A stretch of 64,000 nt of DNA from an uncultured Nitrospiraceae bacterium (GTDB lineage: Bacteria > Nitrospirota > Nitrospiria > Nitrospirales > Nitrospiraceae), in contig CAVPLT010000002.1 of assembly GCA_963706325.1 (NCBI GenBank), positions 128,001 through 192,000 of the forward strand, read 5' to 3'. Shown here one piece after another: positions 52,883-62,284 of this stretch; the stretch's first letter is position 1; every line of letters starts with the position of its first letter. A program made the position numbers and the translations under genes. Below the pieces are notes generated by a model. The model worked only from the letters and a program-made list of their open reading frames with translations, ran no database searches and was not told where the DNA came from.

Positions 52883-53138
52883 CTAACGATAGATCTCTTT
52901 CCTGTCGCCAATTTTAACACGAGGACGATCAATTCCTTGTCCCGGATCGTATAGATGATCCGGTAGTCGCCTTCTCGAATTCGGTACAGATCCTCCTCAC
53001 CGGCGAGCTTCTTGACACCCTGCGGGCGTGGATTTCCCATTAAAGCTCGGAGGCGTTTGACGATTCGCTTTTGAATCGGTTCGGCAAGTGCTGTGAGTTG
53101 TCGCTCGGCAGGAGGGGCAGGAGAATCGAATAGGCCAT
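52883..53138 (-). pseudogene. RelE/ParE family toxin with two frameshifts
   Basis: MAYSILL / PPAERQL..NPRPQGVKKL..YRIREGDYRIIY / GDRKEIYR; joining needs two single-base corrections. Confidence 0.85.
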
Positions 53139-53147
53139 CGCAGAAGT

Positions 53148-53402
53148 TTAAAGGCCGGGTTCCTTCAGAACGGCATCAAGTGGTTTCGCGCCTTTCTTCT
53201 TCGTTTCGGCCAACGCCGCCCGGGCATCGGCGAGGTCGATGCGATCTTCCAGGTCTTCCAGCAATCGCAAGTCGGCTATGGGAACCACGGCGGCGATTTC
53301 TTTGCCGCGTCGCCGGAGTATCACACGCTCTTTCCCGAATGCGACGCGATTAATCGTATCTGCGAATCCCTCTCTGGCTTTACTGGTCGGCAGATGCGCC
53401 AT
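53148..53402 (-). CDS. Phd/YefM family antitoxin
   Basis: SKAREGFADTINRV..ERVILRRRGKEIAAVV; directly upstream of the RelE remnant. Confidence 0.9.
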   Translation of the reverse strand: MAHLPTSKAREGFADTINRVAFGKERVILRRRGKEIAAVVPIADLRLLEDLEDRIDLADARAALAETKKKGAKPLDAVLKEPGL

Positions 53403-53420
53403 GGGTCACCTCATCAGAAT

Positions 53421-53453
53421 TGTACGAAACGTACCAACTGTACGAAGTGTACG
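53421..53453. promoter_or_regulatory. Putative toxin-antitoxin operator
   Basis: GTAC at 53422, 53431, 53440 and 53449 (9-bp period) just upstream of the antitoxin. Confidence 0.6.
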
Positions 53454-53464
53454 TTTGAGAGAAG

Positions 53465-54733
53465 TTAAAGTCGAGGGTGGACGTAGGTCCCTTCCTTCTG
53501 CTTCCCATCCAACAGACAACTCACGTTCATATCACCCATGACATTGATTGCCGTCCGACAGCGGTCGAGAAACCAATCGACGGTAAGCAGGACAGGGATG
53601 TATTCCACCGGCAGTCCAACGGCAGTGAATACCATGGTCATCGTGACCAGACCCGCTTCTGGAATGCCGGCGGCGCCAACTGAGGCAATGACGCTGGTCA
53701 GCACCACCATCAATTGCTGATACCCGCTGAGGTCCATCCCGATCATTTGGGCGATAAATAACGCCGCCATGGCCTCGTAGAGCGCGGTGCCGTCGTTGTT
53801 GAAATTCGCGCCGACCAGCGCCCCCATGCTGGCTGATTGCTCACGCAAGCCTACGCGATCCCTAAGCGCAGTATAGGTTACGGGCATCGTGGCTGTTGAA
53901 CTCGCTGTGGAGAAGGCCATGACCAGCGCGTCGCGTCCCCCGCGAAGCAACTTACCCGGGCGCACCCAAGACCCGAAGCGGATGCGCACGAGGTAATAGG
54001 CCGCCTGGATTGCGAGCGCCAGCAGCACGCTCAGCACAAAGATGCCAAGCGCCTTAAACTGCACGAAGCCCTGCGTTCCCACAGTGCTGGCAACGATGCC
54101 GAAGACGGCAAGCGGCACAACGGCGATGATCCAATGCAAAATCTTAATCAGCGATTCGAGAAAGAGTCCGACCACCTGCTCGACCGTGCCGAGTGGCCGG
54201 TGACGTTCCTTGCGTAACGCCATACCAAATGCCACAGCGACGAAAATGACACCAATGACTTTCCCATCGTCACCCAGCGGTCCAAGCAGGCTTTTCGGCA
54301 CGTTCTCAAGAAAGGCGACGAGCGGATAAGCCCCATGCGTCGTTTCGTTGGAGGATGGCGACGGCGTCAGTGCCGCACCTTGCCCCGGTTGGATCACGTT
54401 AGCGACGGTCAGTCCCACGGTGATCGCAACCAACGTATTCAACAACAACAGCCGTGCAAGCCGTGCCGCAAGTGGACCGCCGAACTGCGTCGTCATAAAT
54501 GTGTGCACGATCGCCGCAAGGATCAGCGGCGGGGCGAGCGCACCCAAAAGGCGCAGGACCAGCTTTCCCGGCACTGCAAGGACGGCCGCCTGGCTTCCCA
54601 GCATCAGCCCTACCATGACGCCGAGAATCAAGCCGGCGACGATCCGTCCATACAGCGGGATGAGTTGCCATGTTGCGATCAGGCTCCTGTGGGGCGTCAC
54701 GATCGTCGTTTTATCCAAAGCATTATCATCCAC
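53465..54733 (-). CDS. Dicarboxylate/amino acid:cation symporter
   Basis: AFSTASSTATMP, NFNNDGTALY, DWFLDRCRT. Confidence 0.93.
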   Translation of the reverse strand: MDDNALDKTTIVTPHRSLIATWQLIPLYGRIVAGLILGVMVGLMLGSQAAVLAVPGKLVLRLLGALAPPLILAAIVHTFMTTQFGGPLAARLARLLLLNTLVAITVGLTVANVIQPGQGAALTPSPSSNETTHGAYPLVAFLENVPKSLLGPLGDDGKVIGVIFVAVAFGMALRKERHRPLGTVEQVVGLFLESLIKILHWIIAVVPLAVFGIVASTVGTQGFVQFKALGIFVLSVLLALAIQAAYYLVRIRFGSWVRPGKLLRGGRDALVMAFSTASSTATMPVTYTALRDRVGLREQSASMGALVGANFNNDGTALYEAMAALFIAQMIGMDLSGYQQLMVVLTSVIASVGAAGIPEAGLVTMTMVFTAVGLPVEYIPVLLTVDWFLDRCRTAINVMGDMNVSCLLDGKQKEGTYVHPRL

Positions 54734-54842
54734 GAGTTGTGGCTCCGATCTTCTCTATTCTTCATGTAAGGCTTGAGGCAAGCCCACGAGCCCATGCTCA
54801 GATATCGCCCCGCCGGGCTGTTGCGGATGGTATCAGCTTCGA

Positions 54843-55763
54843 CTAATTAGGTTCATTGGCCGACGCGGTGAATGCCGCTGCATGCTTTCTGATGAACTCC
54901 TGCAAGCTCAGGGGCGCATGTCTCGTGAGCGTCAGCACGTCGTCCGACATCCGGTCGTAGCGTCCCGCGCGGTGCAGATCGGCCATCGTCGCGAGGTGGT
55001 TCACCAAGTGAACCGGCAAGCCGCGCTTGAGCAGCCCATCCCGCCACGGCTCGGCCGGAATATCCTGATAGGTGATCGTGCGGCCAAGCGCCTTCGAATA
55101 CTCCTGGGCATAGAACTGCATGTTCTCGGACTGCGGACCGGTCAGGTGATAAATCTTGCCGATGTGCGACTGCGGGTTCGCGAGCAGCGCGGCGACCACA
55201 CGGGCAACGTCATCCGCTGCAATCGGCGACGTCTTGCCTTCGCCGAACGGGAGGCGGATCTGATCTGAGCGCTTGACCGAATCCGCTGTGAACAGCAGGA
55301 AGAAGCCATCGAGAAACACGGTGGGCCGCACATGCACGACCGGCAGACCGGACCAGTTCAGCGCCTGCTCGGCAAGCCAGTGCAGCTTGTGCTGCGGGCT
55401 CGCGGTGGTGTCGGTGATGCTCATCTGCGAGACTGTCATCTGCGACATATTGACGAACGCCTTTACGCCGTGATGCTTGGCCACCGCCGCTACATTGACC
55501 GTCGCGGCCAAATAGGTATCCGACACCGACATGCCGAAGTACATCGTCTCGCAACCGGCAATCACCCGATGCATCGACTCGAGATCGAGGAGATCGCCCG
55601 CCACGACATCCGCACCCAGGTCGCGCAACGCCTGCGCGCGGTCGTCTTTGTTGCGCACCATCGCTCGCACCGCGTGGCCTTGCTTCAACAGCAGTTCGGT
55701 GACCGTGCGCCCGACCGCGCCGACGCGACCCGCCGCGCCTGTGACTAGAATGGGTTGTGCCAT
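54843..55763 (-). CDS. NmrA-like NAD(P)-binding protein
   Basis: ILVTGAAGRVGAVG Rossmann motif, HWLAEQAL, YHLTGP. Confidence 0.9.
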   Translation of the reverse strand: MAQPILVTGAAGRVGAVGRTVTELLLKQGHAVRAMVRNKDDRAQALRDLGADVVAGDLLDLESMHRVIAGCETMYFGMSVSDTYLAATVNVAAVAKHHGVKAFVNMSQMTVSQMSITDTTASPQHKLHWLAEQALNWSGLPVVHVRPTVFLDGFFLLFTADSVKRSDQIRLPFGEGKTSPIAADDVARVVAALLANPQSHIGKIYHLTGPQSENMQFYAQEYSKALGRTITYQDIPAEPWRDGLLKRGLPVHLVNHLATMADLHRAGRYDRMSDDVLTLTRHAPLSLQEFIRKHAAAFTASANEPN

Positions 55764-55966
55764 CTGCTGTCCTCCTGTGAGTTTCCTCTGAATGAACATC
55801 AGAGGTAGTGTCGCCAAACGGCTTCAAGCCTGATCATTTGGAGCAGACCAACGGGGGGACGGAGCAGTCTACTGTAAAGCTGGTGGGGTATCCATCACTT
55901 CGGAGACGATAGAGGAGCGCTAAAGGTGAGAAAGTAAGCCAGCACCGGCTGCCAGGGGCGGGGAAA

Positions 55967-55983
55967 TTGATTGCAAGACCTGA
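55967..55983. repeat. REP-like motif core copy
   Basis: TTGATTGCAAGACCTGA, identical to the core at 60347-60363. Confidence 0.6.
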
Positions 55984-56040
55984 GGTGACTCCGAAACAAT
56001 GGGCGCCTCGGAGTGCCACAATCTATCTATTTCGCTGTGG

Positions 56041-57045
56041 TCATTGCGCCTGGGCTCGACGCGACAGGGACACGATATAAGAGGCTGAACGGGCGGCGAT
56101 CATGGGATCGGCTGCTTCGATACCGGGAATCAGCGCTCCTGGCATGAAGAGCAACTTCTTTTCCGCGGTTTGGCTGTCCGCCACGGCTTTGGTGATAATG
56201 ATCGTACCCAATTCGATCTGCTTGCGACTGTCCGGCCACGCGATCGTGGGATCGTCGATCTTGTCTCCTTTCTCAGCCACCTGCAGGAGCAATTTGAACT
56301 TGGCGGGACCACGGCGCACGCGTTCGCGAATCTCGGTGCTCAGATAATCAGATCCCGCCGTTCCGAGTTGCTCCTGGGTGAGGAAGTGCTCGCCCGCCAC
56401 GGGCCGGAGCTGGTAGCGACCGAATGTGACGGTGCCTTTCGCGTTCGTGAATTTGAACGAGTTAATCCCGAAATAGGGCAGGGTGGCGTAGCTCACCGGT
56501 TGCGGCTTGGGGCTCTCCACGAAATTTTTTGCAGCCGGATGGGATCCCAGAAACGTCTCGATGGCGGTTGGTTTGGGAGCATCCGGTCCGCTCGCACCAA
56601 CTGCAAGCAGAAAATCCCTGAACTCTTCCGCCGTCGCAACCGGAAATCCGTTGAACGAAAGGACCACGAGGTCGGTGTTCGATCCATCCGGTAATGAGAA
56701 CTTTACGGCCATGCCGCGCGGCATCTGGCTGGTGTCCGGGACGCTCGGTTGCCCGGAACCAGCAGAGAACCGCACCGTCACTGGAACCGGCGCCTTCTTC
56801 TTTTGCAGATGAGCGGCTTTGCTCACCGAGGCCGCCGAGGCAGCAGGGGTGAACGTGCCTTCCAAGACGACGCCCTTTGGGTGATTGGCGCGCATGCCAG
56901 GATGAACACCGAATACACCGTTGAAGGCATCGACGAGTTGCTCGGGCAGCGATTTCTGACTCGCGGGCGACTCTTCAGCCATGACAGAAGCGGGGAGAGT
57001 CATGGCAACGGCGAGTGTGGCGGTGGCTGCGAGTGATCTCCACAT
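56041..57045 (-). CDS. Secreted catalase-related peroxidase (SrpA-like)
   Basis: Signal peptide, RANHPKG, VRFS, RGMAVKF, ARSASY. Confidence 0.9.
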   Translation of the reverse strand: MWRSLAATATLAVAMTLPASVMAEESPASQKSLPEQLVDAFNGVFGVHPGMRANHPKGVVLEGTFTPAASAASVSKAAHLQKKKAPVPVTVRFSAGSGQPSVPDTSQMPRGMAVKFSLPDGSNTDLVVLSFNGFPVATAEEFRDFLLAVGASGPDAPKPTAIETFLGSHPAAKNFVESPKPQPVSYATLPYFGINSFKFTNAKGTVTFGRYQLRPVAGEHFLTQEQLGTAGSDYLSTEIRERVRRGPAKFKLLLQVAEKGDKIDDPTIAWPDSRKQIELGTIIITKAVADSQTAEKKLLFMPGALIPGIEAADPMIAARSASYIVSLSRRAQAQ

Positions 57046-57116
57046 AGGCAGGTCCCTCCTCGAAGGCTGCGATTTCGACAATGAGCGGTTTTGCGTGAGC
57101 TCACCCAATCACGTCT

Positions 57117-57266
57117 GTGAACCGCTGGGGAGGTTGGTTGGGAGAGCGGTGAAGACCCTACTCCTACGTGCCGGTTGAGTCAATCCGTTCGCGAGGCTGG
57201 ATGAGAGGGACAGGGAAGGAGTGGCCCGGCATGCGGCGGATATGTTAGTTTGCAAGGCCGGACCCC
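57117..57266. repeat. ~150-bp dispersed repeat, copy 1
   Basis: Shares blocks TTGGGAGAGCGGTG, ACCCTACTCCT, GAGTCAATC, GGAAGGAGTGGCCCG and TTGCAAG with 60221-60367. Confidence 0.8.
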
Positions 57267-57423
57267 CCCCTCTAGGCTTCTCACAGAATCATTCAAAATT
57301 ATTTCGAAGACGCTGCAGCCTTTCTTAACCTCTGAGTTCAGAGACCTTGCCTGGCAAAAATCGGATTCCCCCGCGCATCCCTGTTCGCTATAATGCGCCC
57401 GAATTTTAATCGGGAGGTGCTTC

Positions 57424-57726
57424 ATGGCATTCAATCAAGTGGGAGATTTCTGGTTGGCGCCCGGTGAATCTACCCGCGTTCATATTGCCCTCGGAGGCCT
57501 GATCAACGAGGCTGAATGGGGCGGTCATGATTTCGGCGCACAATGGATCATGGCCGACGGGATCGGGATCAATCCGGTGCGGCTCATGGTCAGCGAGCAC
57601 ACCAAGGAGAAGAAGCCCATTCGCTTGCATCCCGGTTCGCCCAGCCCCATCGTCTACTCGGTGACCGTGACGAACATCGGTGAGGAACTGGCTCATTTTA
57701 CTATTCAAGGCGGGGGAAACGTATAG
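57424..57726 (+). CDS. Hypothetical beta-rich protein (100 aa)
   Basis: GGAGGT RBS, TATAAT at 57389-57394, protein-like composition. Confidence 0.75.
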   Translation: MAFNQVGDFWLAPGESTRVHIALGGLINEAEWGGHDFGAQWIMADGIGINPVRLMVSEHTKEKKPIRLHPGSPSPIVYSVTVTNIGEELAHFTIQGGGNV

Positions 57727-57747
57727 ACGTGTCGAAGGAGGTCGCAA

Positions 57748-58011
57748 GTGAAGGCTAAGCGGACTATTCATGTGGTGACAGATAAAAAGGGAACAATTGT
57801 GGGTGGAGGGATTCTCACCCCCGGGAAAGATACCAAAGGCAAAGCGGTGCATATCCAGATCTCGCCGATGAAAGGGCAGTCGCTGGCCGAAGTCGCGATG
57901 CCCGCTGAAATCGCGCAATTGAAAGGCGCGGAACTCTTTCGCCGGCTGCAGAGCGATTTTCATTTGCCACGCGGCAAAAATGAGTTGGTCCGAAAGGCCG
58001 GACGGCGCTAG
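57748..58011 (+). CDS. Hypothetical basic protein (87 aa)
   Basis: AAGGAGG RBS; a homologous remnant at 33732-33848 supports the reading frame. Confidence 0.8.
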   Translation: MKAKRTIHVVTDKKGTIVGGGILTPGKDTKGKAVHIQISPMKGQSLAEVAMPAEIAQLKGAELFRRLQSDFHLPRGKNELVRKAGRR

Positions 58012-58276
58012 AAGGGACTGCATCTTTGTCAGCAGAATGTCGAATGACCATCGGGTAGTAATGGGGGGCAGCAGAAGTCGACCGCTTCGCGCCTGGAGGG
58101 TTGGGTTGTAAGACGTGATCCTATTGGGGCTGCTATCTGTGACTATCAATGAAGAAAGCCGCCTGAAATATGGGATTGCCAGACCAGAACCTAGTAGGGA
58201 AGGCCGTGGGAGTCGTTGACAAGCTATCAGTGAGTCGGGATAATCGCGCGCCTATTAGGAACGGGAGATTCCAGCC

Positions 58277-58738
58277 ATGAGCAAACATGCCGCCAGAACG
58301 ACAGAACCGTTCATCGTGACACCCCAAAAGTACGACCCCGCCTTGAACGTGATCGGTACCAAGGTGACCGTGCTCGCGTCAAAGGCGGCGACCCAATCCT
58401 ATGAGATCACCCTGCAGCAGGGCGATGAAGGAATGGGTCCACCGCTGCATAGCCACAACTGGGACGAATCGTTCTTTATTCTCAAGGGCCAAGTCGAGTT
58501 TTCCTGCGCAGACAACATCACACTCTGCATGCCCGGCACGCTCGTGCACGTACCCGCGGGCGCCAAGCACGGGTTTCGCTATGGGGCCGGCGGCGGCCAG
58601 ATGCTGGAATTCACCGGCCCAGGCAGCCTTGCTTCCCAGATGTTCACTGCCCTCAACAGAGAGATTCCACCTGGTCCACCCGACATTCCCAAGGTGCTGG
58701 AGGTACTCCAGCAAAACGGGGTGACCGTCGCGGCTTGA
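58277..58738 (+). CDS. Cupin domain protein
   Basis: PPLHSHNWDESFFILKG and VPAGAKHGF. Confidence 0.9.
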   Translation: MSKHAARTTEPFIVTPQKYDPALNVIGTKVTVLASKAATQSYEITLQQGDEGMGPPLHSHNWDESFFILKGQVEFSCADNITLCMPGTLVHVPAGAKHGFRYGAGGGQMLEFTGPGSLASQMFTALNREIPPGPPDIPKVLEVLQQNGVTVAA

Positions 58739-58949
58739 GGCCACCCTGTCGAACAGCCCGGCCATAAGGATTCAGATCCACTTCTTTTGGAATTCAAAGA
58801 CCATCAACGCACCGCGCCTTTCTCCACCTGCATCGCCTTCCATGAACCACGGCTTCCGGCTCAATTTATCTAAGTAACCAGCGTTGGCGCGAAATGATCA
58901 GCCCCCCCTTTCTTTCCCGCTCTCACAGCTGGTAAGAGAAGCTCATATC

Positions 58950-60077
58950 ATGGCAAACCCAAAGCTATTTGAGCCGATCACAATCGGCGGACAGAAGCTC
59001 CGCAACCGCATCGTGATTGCGCCGATGTGCCAATATTCGGCGGTCGATGGCCAGATGACCGATTGGCACCTGATACACCTGGGCCATCTCGCTCTGTCCG
59101 GGGCGGCGGTGCTGACCATCGAGGCAACCGCGGTCGAGCCGGAGGGCCGTATCACCTACGCCGACGTCGGGCTATGGAGCGATGCGACCGAAGCGGCGAT
59201 TGCGCGCACTATTGAAAGTATCCGTCGCTGGTCGGACATCCCCATTGCGATCCAGCTGGCCCATGCGGGCCGGAAGGCGTCGGTCGAAGTGCCGTGGAAA
59301 GGTGGAGCCCAGCTTCCGGTTGATCATGAACATGGCTGGCAGACGGTCGCCCCGTCGGCGATACCCTTTGCAGCCGGCCAACATCCGCCGATCGCGCTGG
59401 ATCATTCAGCGATGCATCGCCTTCGCGAATCGTTCGTTTCCTCCGCCCGGCGCGCCGCGCGGTTAGGCCTCGACGCGGTGCAGCTTCATGTCGCACATGG
59501 CTACCTACTGCATGAATTCCTGTCGCCGCTTTCGAACCGACGAGAAGACGAGTATGGCGGGGCGCTGGAGAACCGCATGCGGTTTCCGCTCGAGATTTTC
59601 GACGCAGTTCGCGCCGCGTTCCCGGCCAACCGGCCGGTGACGGTGCGCCTGTCGGGCACCGACTGGATTGAGGGCGGCTGGGACATCGAACAGACCATCG
59701 CATTCGCCAAGGCCTTAGAGGCGCAGGGTTGCGCCGGGATCCATATCTCCAGCGGCGGGCTCGATCCGCGCCAGCAGATTCCTGTCGGCCCCGGCTACCA
59801 GGTGCCGCTCGCCCGAGCGGTCAAGGAGGCCGTCTCGATGCCGGTGATTGCCGTCGGCCTCATCACCGATTACGACCAGGCCGAAGGAATTGTGAGCAGG
59901 GGGGATGCGGATATGATCGCACTCGCCCGAGCTGTGCTCTACGATCCGCGTTGGCCTTGGCACGCAGCGGCGCACCTTGGCGCGCAGGTGACGGCGCCGA
60001 ACCAATATTTGCGCAGCCAGCCAAGCCGCTATCGAGATTTATTCATCGAGGATGGGAAGGGGAAGAAAAGAGAATAA
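58950..60077 (+). CDS. NADH:flavin oxidoreductase (Old Yellow Enzyme, NamA/YqjM-like)
   Basis: NRIVIAPMCQYS, QLAHAGRKAS, HVAHGYLLHEFLSPLSN. Confidence 0.95.
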   Translation: MANPKLFEPITIGGQKLRNRIVIAPMCQYSAVDGQMTDWHLIHLGHLALSGAAVLTIEATAVEPEGRITYADVGLWSDATEAAIARTIESIRRWSDIPIAIQLAHAGRKASVEVPWKGGAQLPVDHEHGWQTVAPSAIPFAAGQHPPIALDHSAMHRLRESFVSSARRAARLGLDAVQLHVAHGYLLHEFLSPLSNRREDEYGGALENRMRFPLEIFDAVRAAFPANRPVTVRLSGTDWIEGGWDIEQTIAFAKALEAQGCAGIHISSGGLDPRQQIPVGPGYQVPLARAVKEAVSMPVIAVGLITDYDQAEGIVSRGDADMIALARAVLYDPRWPWHAAAHLGAQVTAPNQYLRSQPSRYRDLFIEDGKGKKRE

Positions 60078-60220
60078 GAATCGCATGATTGATATTTCTT
60101 CTCGGCTCTCACCTCACTGGGTGGCCAGATTCTGCAAATGATTTCCCCTGGGTCAGTCCGCCCTGAAAAATATAGCATCGACAATGTATAGCTTATATGC
60201 AAGTTCACTCAATTAAGACT

Positions 60221-60375
60221 GAGAACCGATGGAGAGGCTGCTTGGGAGAGCGGTGGAAACCCTACTCCTCCATGCAGATCGAGTCAATCGAGCGAGCGGG
60301 ATGAGATGGAAAAGGAAGGAGTGGCCCGCTGTACGCCGCGAAATGTTTGATTGCAAGACCTGACCCTCTGTCTTG
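60221..60375. repeat. ~150-bp dispersed repeat, copy 2, ending in the REP-like motif
   Basis: Similar to 57117-57266; its right end is inverted relative to 63651-63680. Confidence 0.8.
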
Positions 60376-60419
60376 TTACTCCGGACACCTTTTGCATTTT
60401 CCCATCCACATCGAAGGAT

Positions 60420-61484
60420 TCATTCGGTACTAAGTTCAATGGAGAATACCCCTTCAAGATCAATATGTACCTGAAGGGATGGCAGGGCTAGATAGGTGCA
60501 CAGATACTTAACATTGAGGGATCCTTGGAACACACGATTGGCTATATATCCAGCCGCTTGCCCCTGATACTGTAGCTGTGTAGCAAGCCCTGCAGTCTCA
60601 GTACGCCATCGCATCAGATCAAATATCTGTTCCCCATCCTGAATCTTTATCGCCCCTATAACATCGAAAACTGTTGGTGTGTCTGGAGTCGATGCGATTT
60701 GCTGGGCGAGTGCGACGTATTCTATATCGAGCAGGCGCTTATCAAGCGCGAATCTGAGCAGGGCATCATGTGGCATGGCCCACGATAGCTTTGCGCGAAT
60801 TCGAGATTGATCATCCCTCGCCACTGTGCCGCCGGTCACTGTGACACGAAACCCAATCAGTCTCCCGCAGATCTCATTGAACTGCTCAACTACATTCGAC
60901 GGCAGTTGAGTATTGGATGACCACTGACAGGTGGCATAGCGGATATTGCCGCCGCGAATGTTTGCGCTCGAGCGTAAGCCATCCGCGAGTGGGAGCCCAA
61001 GGTCAACACGCGGCGGACTGCAGTCTCTCCGTATCGCGGCGGGAGAAAGAATCCCCTGAAGCTGTGTAGCCATTGCCTGAGGATCAGACACAGTAAGATC
61101 TACTATCGGACTGTCTGTAGATTTTTGTGAAGTATGGTGAACTGTTAAGCGCTTTCCATTGAGAACGACGGAGTATGCAGCCGACACCTCAGGATGGCGC
61201 GCGTATGTAATTGTCTGCTCAATGGCGTCAATATCTATGGGTTCCTGCGGCGCTTTCGTTTCAAGAACCCATCGACCTGCGCCCGCCACTGTCAGAATGT
61301 AGTCTGCTCTTCCTCTGAGTGGGGGATCAGTGCTCTTTTTTCTTCCAAGCGACTCACGCTCGTAGATTAGCGTCGCCTCGCGAGCGATATTGTTGGCAGT
61401 TCCTCTTTCGTAGCCCAGTGCGGCCAATAGTGGTGCCGCAATCTCTTCTCTTACGTCAGTTTCATTTGCGTTAGGTGGAATCAT
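60420..61484 (-). CDS. HsdR N-terminal-like PD-(D/E)XK nuclease domain protein
   Basis: ETDVREEIAAPLLAALGY, RADYIL, VLETKA, EQTITYA, VVLNG; unrecognised C-terminal domain. Confidence 0.8.
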   Translation of the reverse strand: MIPPNANETDVREEIAAPLLAALGYERGTANNIAREATLIYERESLGRKKSTDPPLRGRADYILTVAGAGRWVLETKAPQEPIDIDAIEQTITYARHPEVSAAYSVVLNGKRLTVHHTSQKSTDSPIVDLTVSDPQAMATQLQGILSPAAIRRDCSPPRVDLGLPLADGLRSSANIRGGNIRYATCQWSSNTQLPSNVVEQFNEICGRLIGFRVTVTGGTVARDDQSRIRAKLSWAMPHDALLRFALDKRLLDIEYVALAQQIASTPDTPTVFDVIGAIKIQDGEQIFDLMRWRTETAGLATQLQYQGQAAGYIANRVFQGSLNVKYLCTYLALPSLQVHIDLEGVFSIELSTE

Positions 61485-61903
61485 TGGATTAGTTTTGGCT
61501 GTTGACCGGCAACGCCGTACCCAGCAGCTCCGCTGCCTAACCTGTGCTGGAAAGCCTTCTTAGCGAGCAGTGGCCTTAAAGAGTTGAAATACATTGCCGT
61601 CAGGATCCCATCTGGTGCTGCTTCAGAATGTCGAATATTCCGCCGAGTTGGGGTATTCGAGCGACCAATCAATGACATTTACAGGTGTCCGCAAAACATG
61701 AGCTAGTTCACCTTCTTATCACCGTTGCCCATTGCGTCGTTGAGTAAAGGAACGAAATTGCTCCAAAACTCTCGGCATATCCTCCTCTGTGATATGAGCT
61801 GGTTGCGAAAATCCACATTTTCGCAGTGGCGGACAGGACGACTTAGTGTACGCAGCTGTAGGCCTGACCACCACTGAGAACCTGTTGGACCTGGAGCCTG
61901 GGC

Positions 61904-62260
61904 CTAGCGCTGGACGGGGGACAGAATCCACTCGTTGGCTGTAAATACCGGCTGGCGATTCATTGCCACCGCGAGCCGAAAGCCTAACGCATGGAGGAGG
62001 GCATCGAGGCTTCGAAATTCAGGATTGCCGCGCTCCGGAAGCATGCGATACAGACTTTCCCGATTCAACTTCGTTTTCTCGGCGAGCGTTGCTACCCCTC
62101 CTTGTGCCTCAGCCACATTTCGTAACGCCAGCAAGAACAATTCCGGATCATCCTCTTCGAGCGCGGCATTCAAGTACTCTTCAGCTTCCCGCGCATCTCG
62201 CAGGCTTTCGATGAGATCTGCTTGATAGGCTTTGCTCTTCTTCGTGGCCGCCTCCTGCAT
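61904..62260 (-). pseudogene. Degenerate copy of addiction-module antidote (HI1420-like HTH)
   Basis: Near-identical to 63738-64000 but the stop TAG reads CAG, MLSERG reads MLPERG, and no toxin gene lies upstream. Confidence 0.65.
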
Positions 62261-62284
62261 CCGCTCAAATACCGGTTGGCGGCT

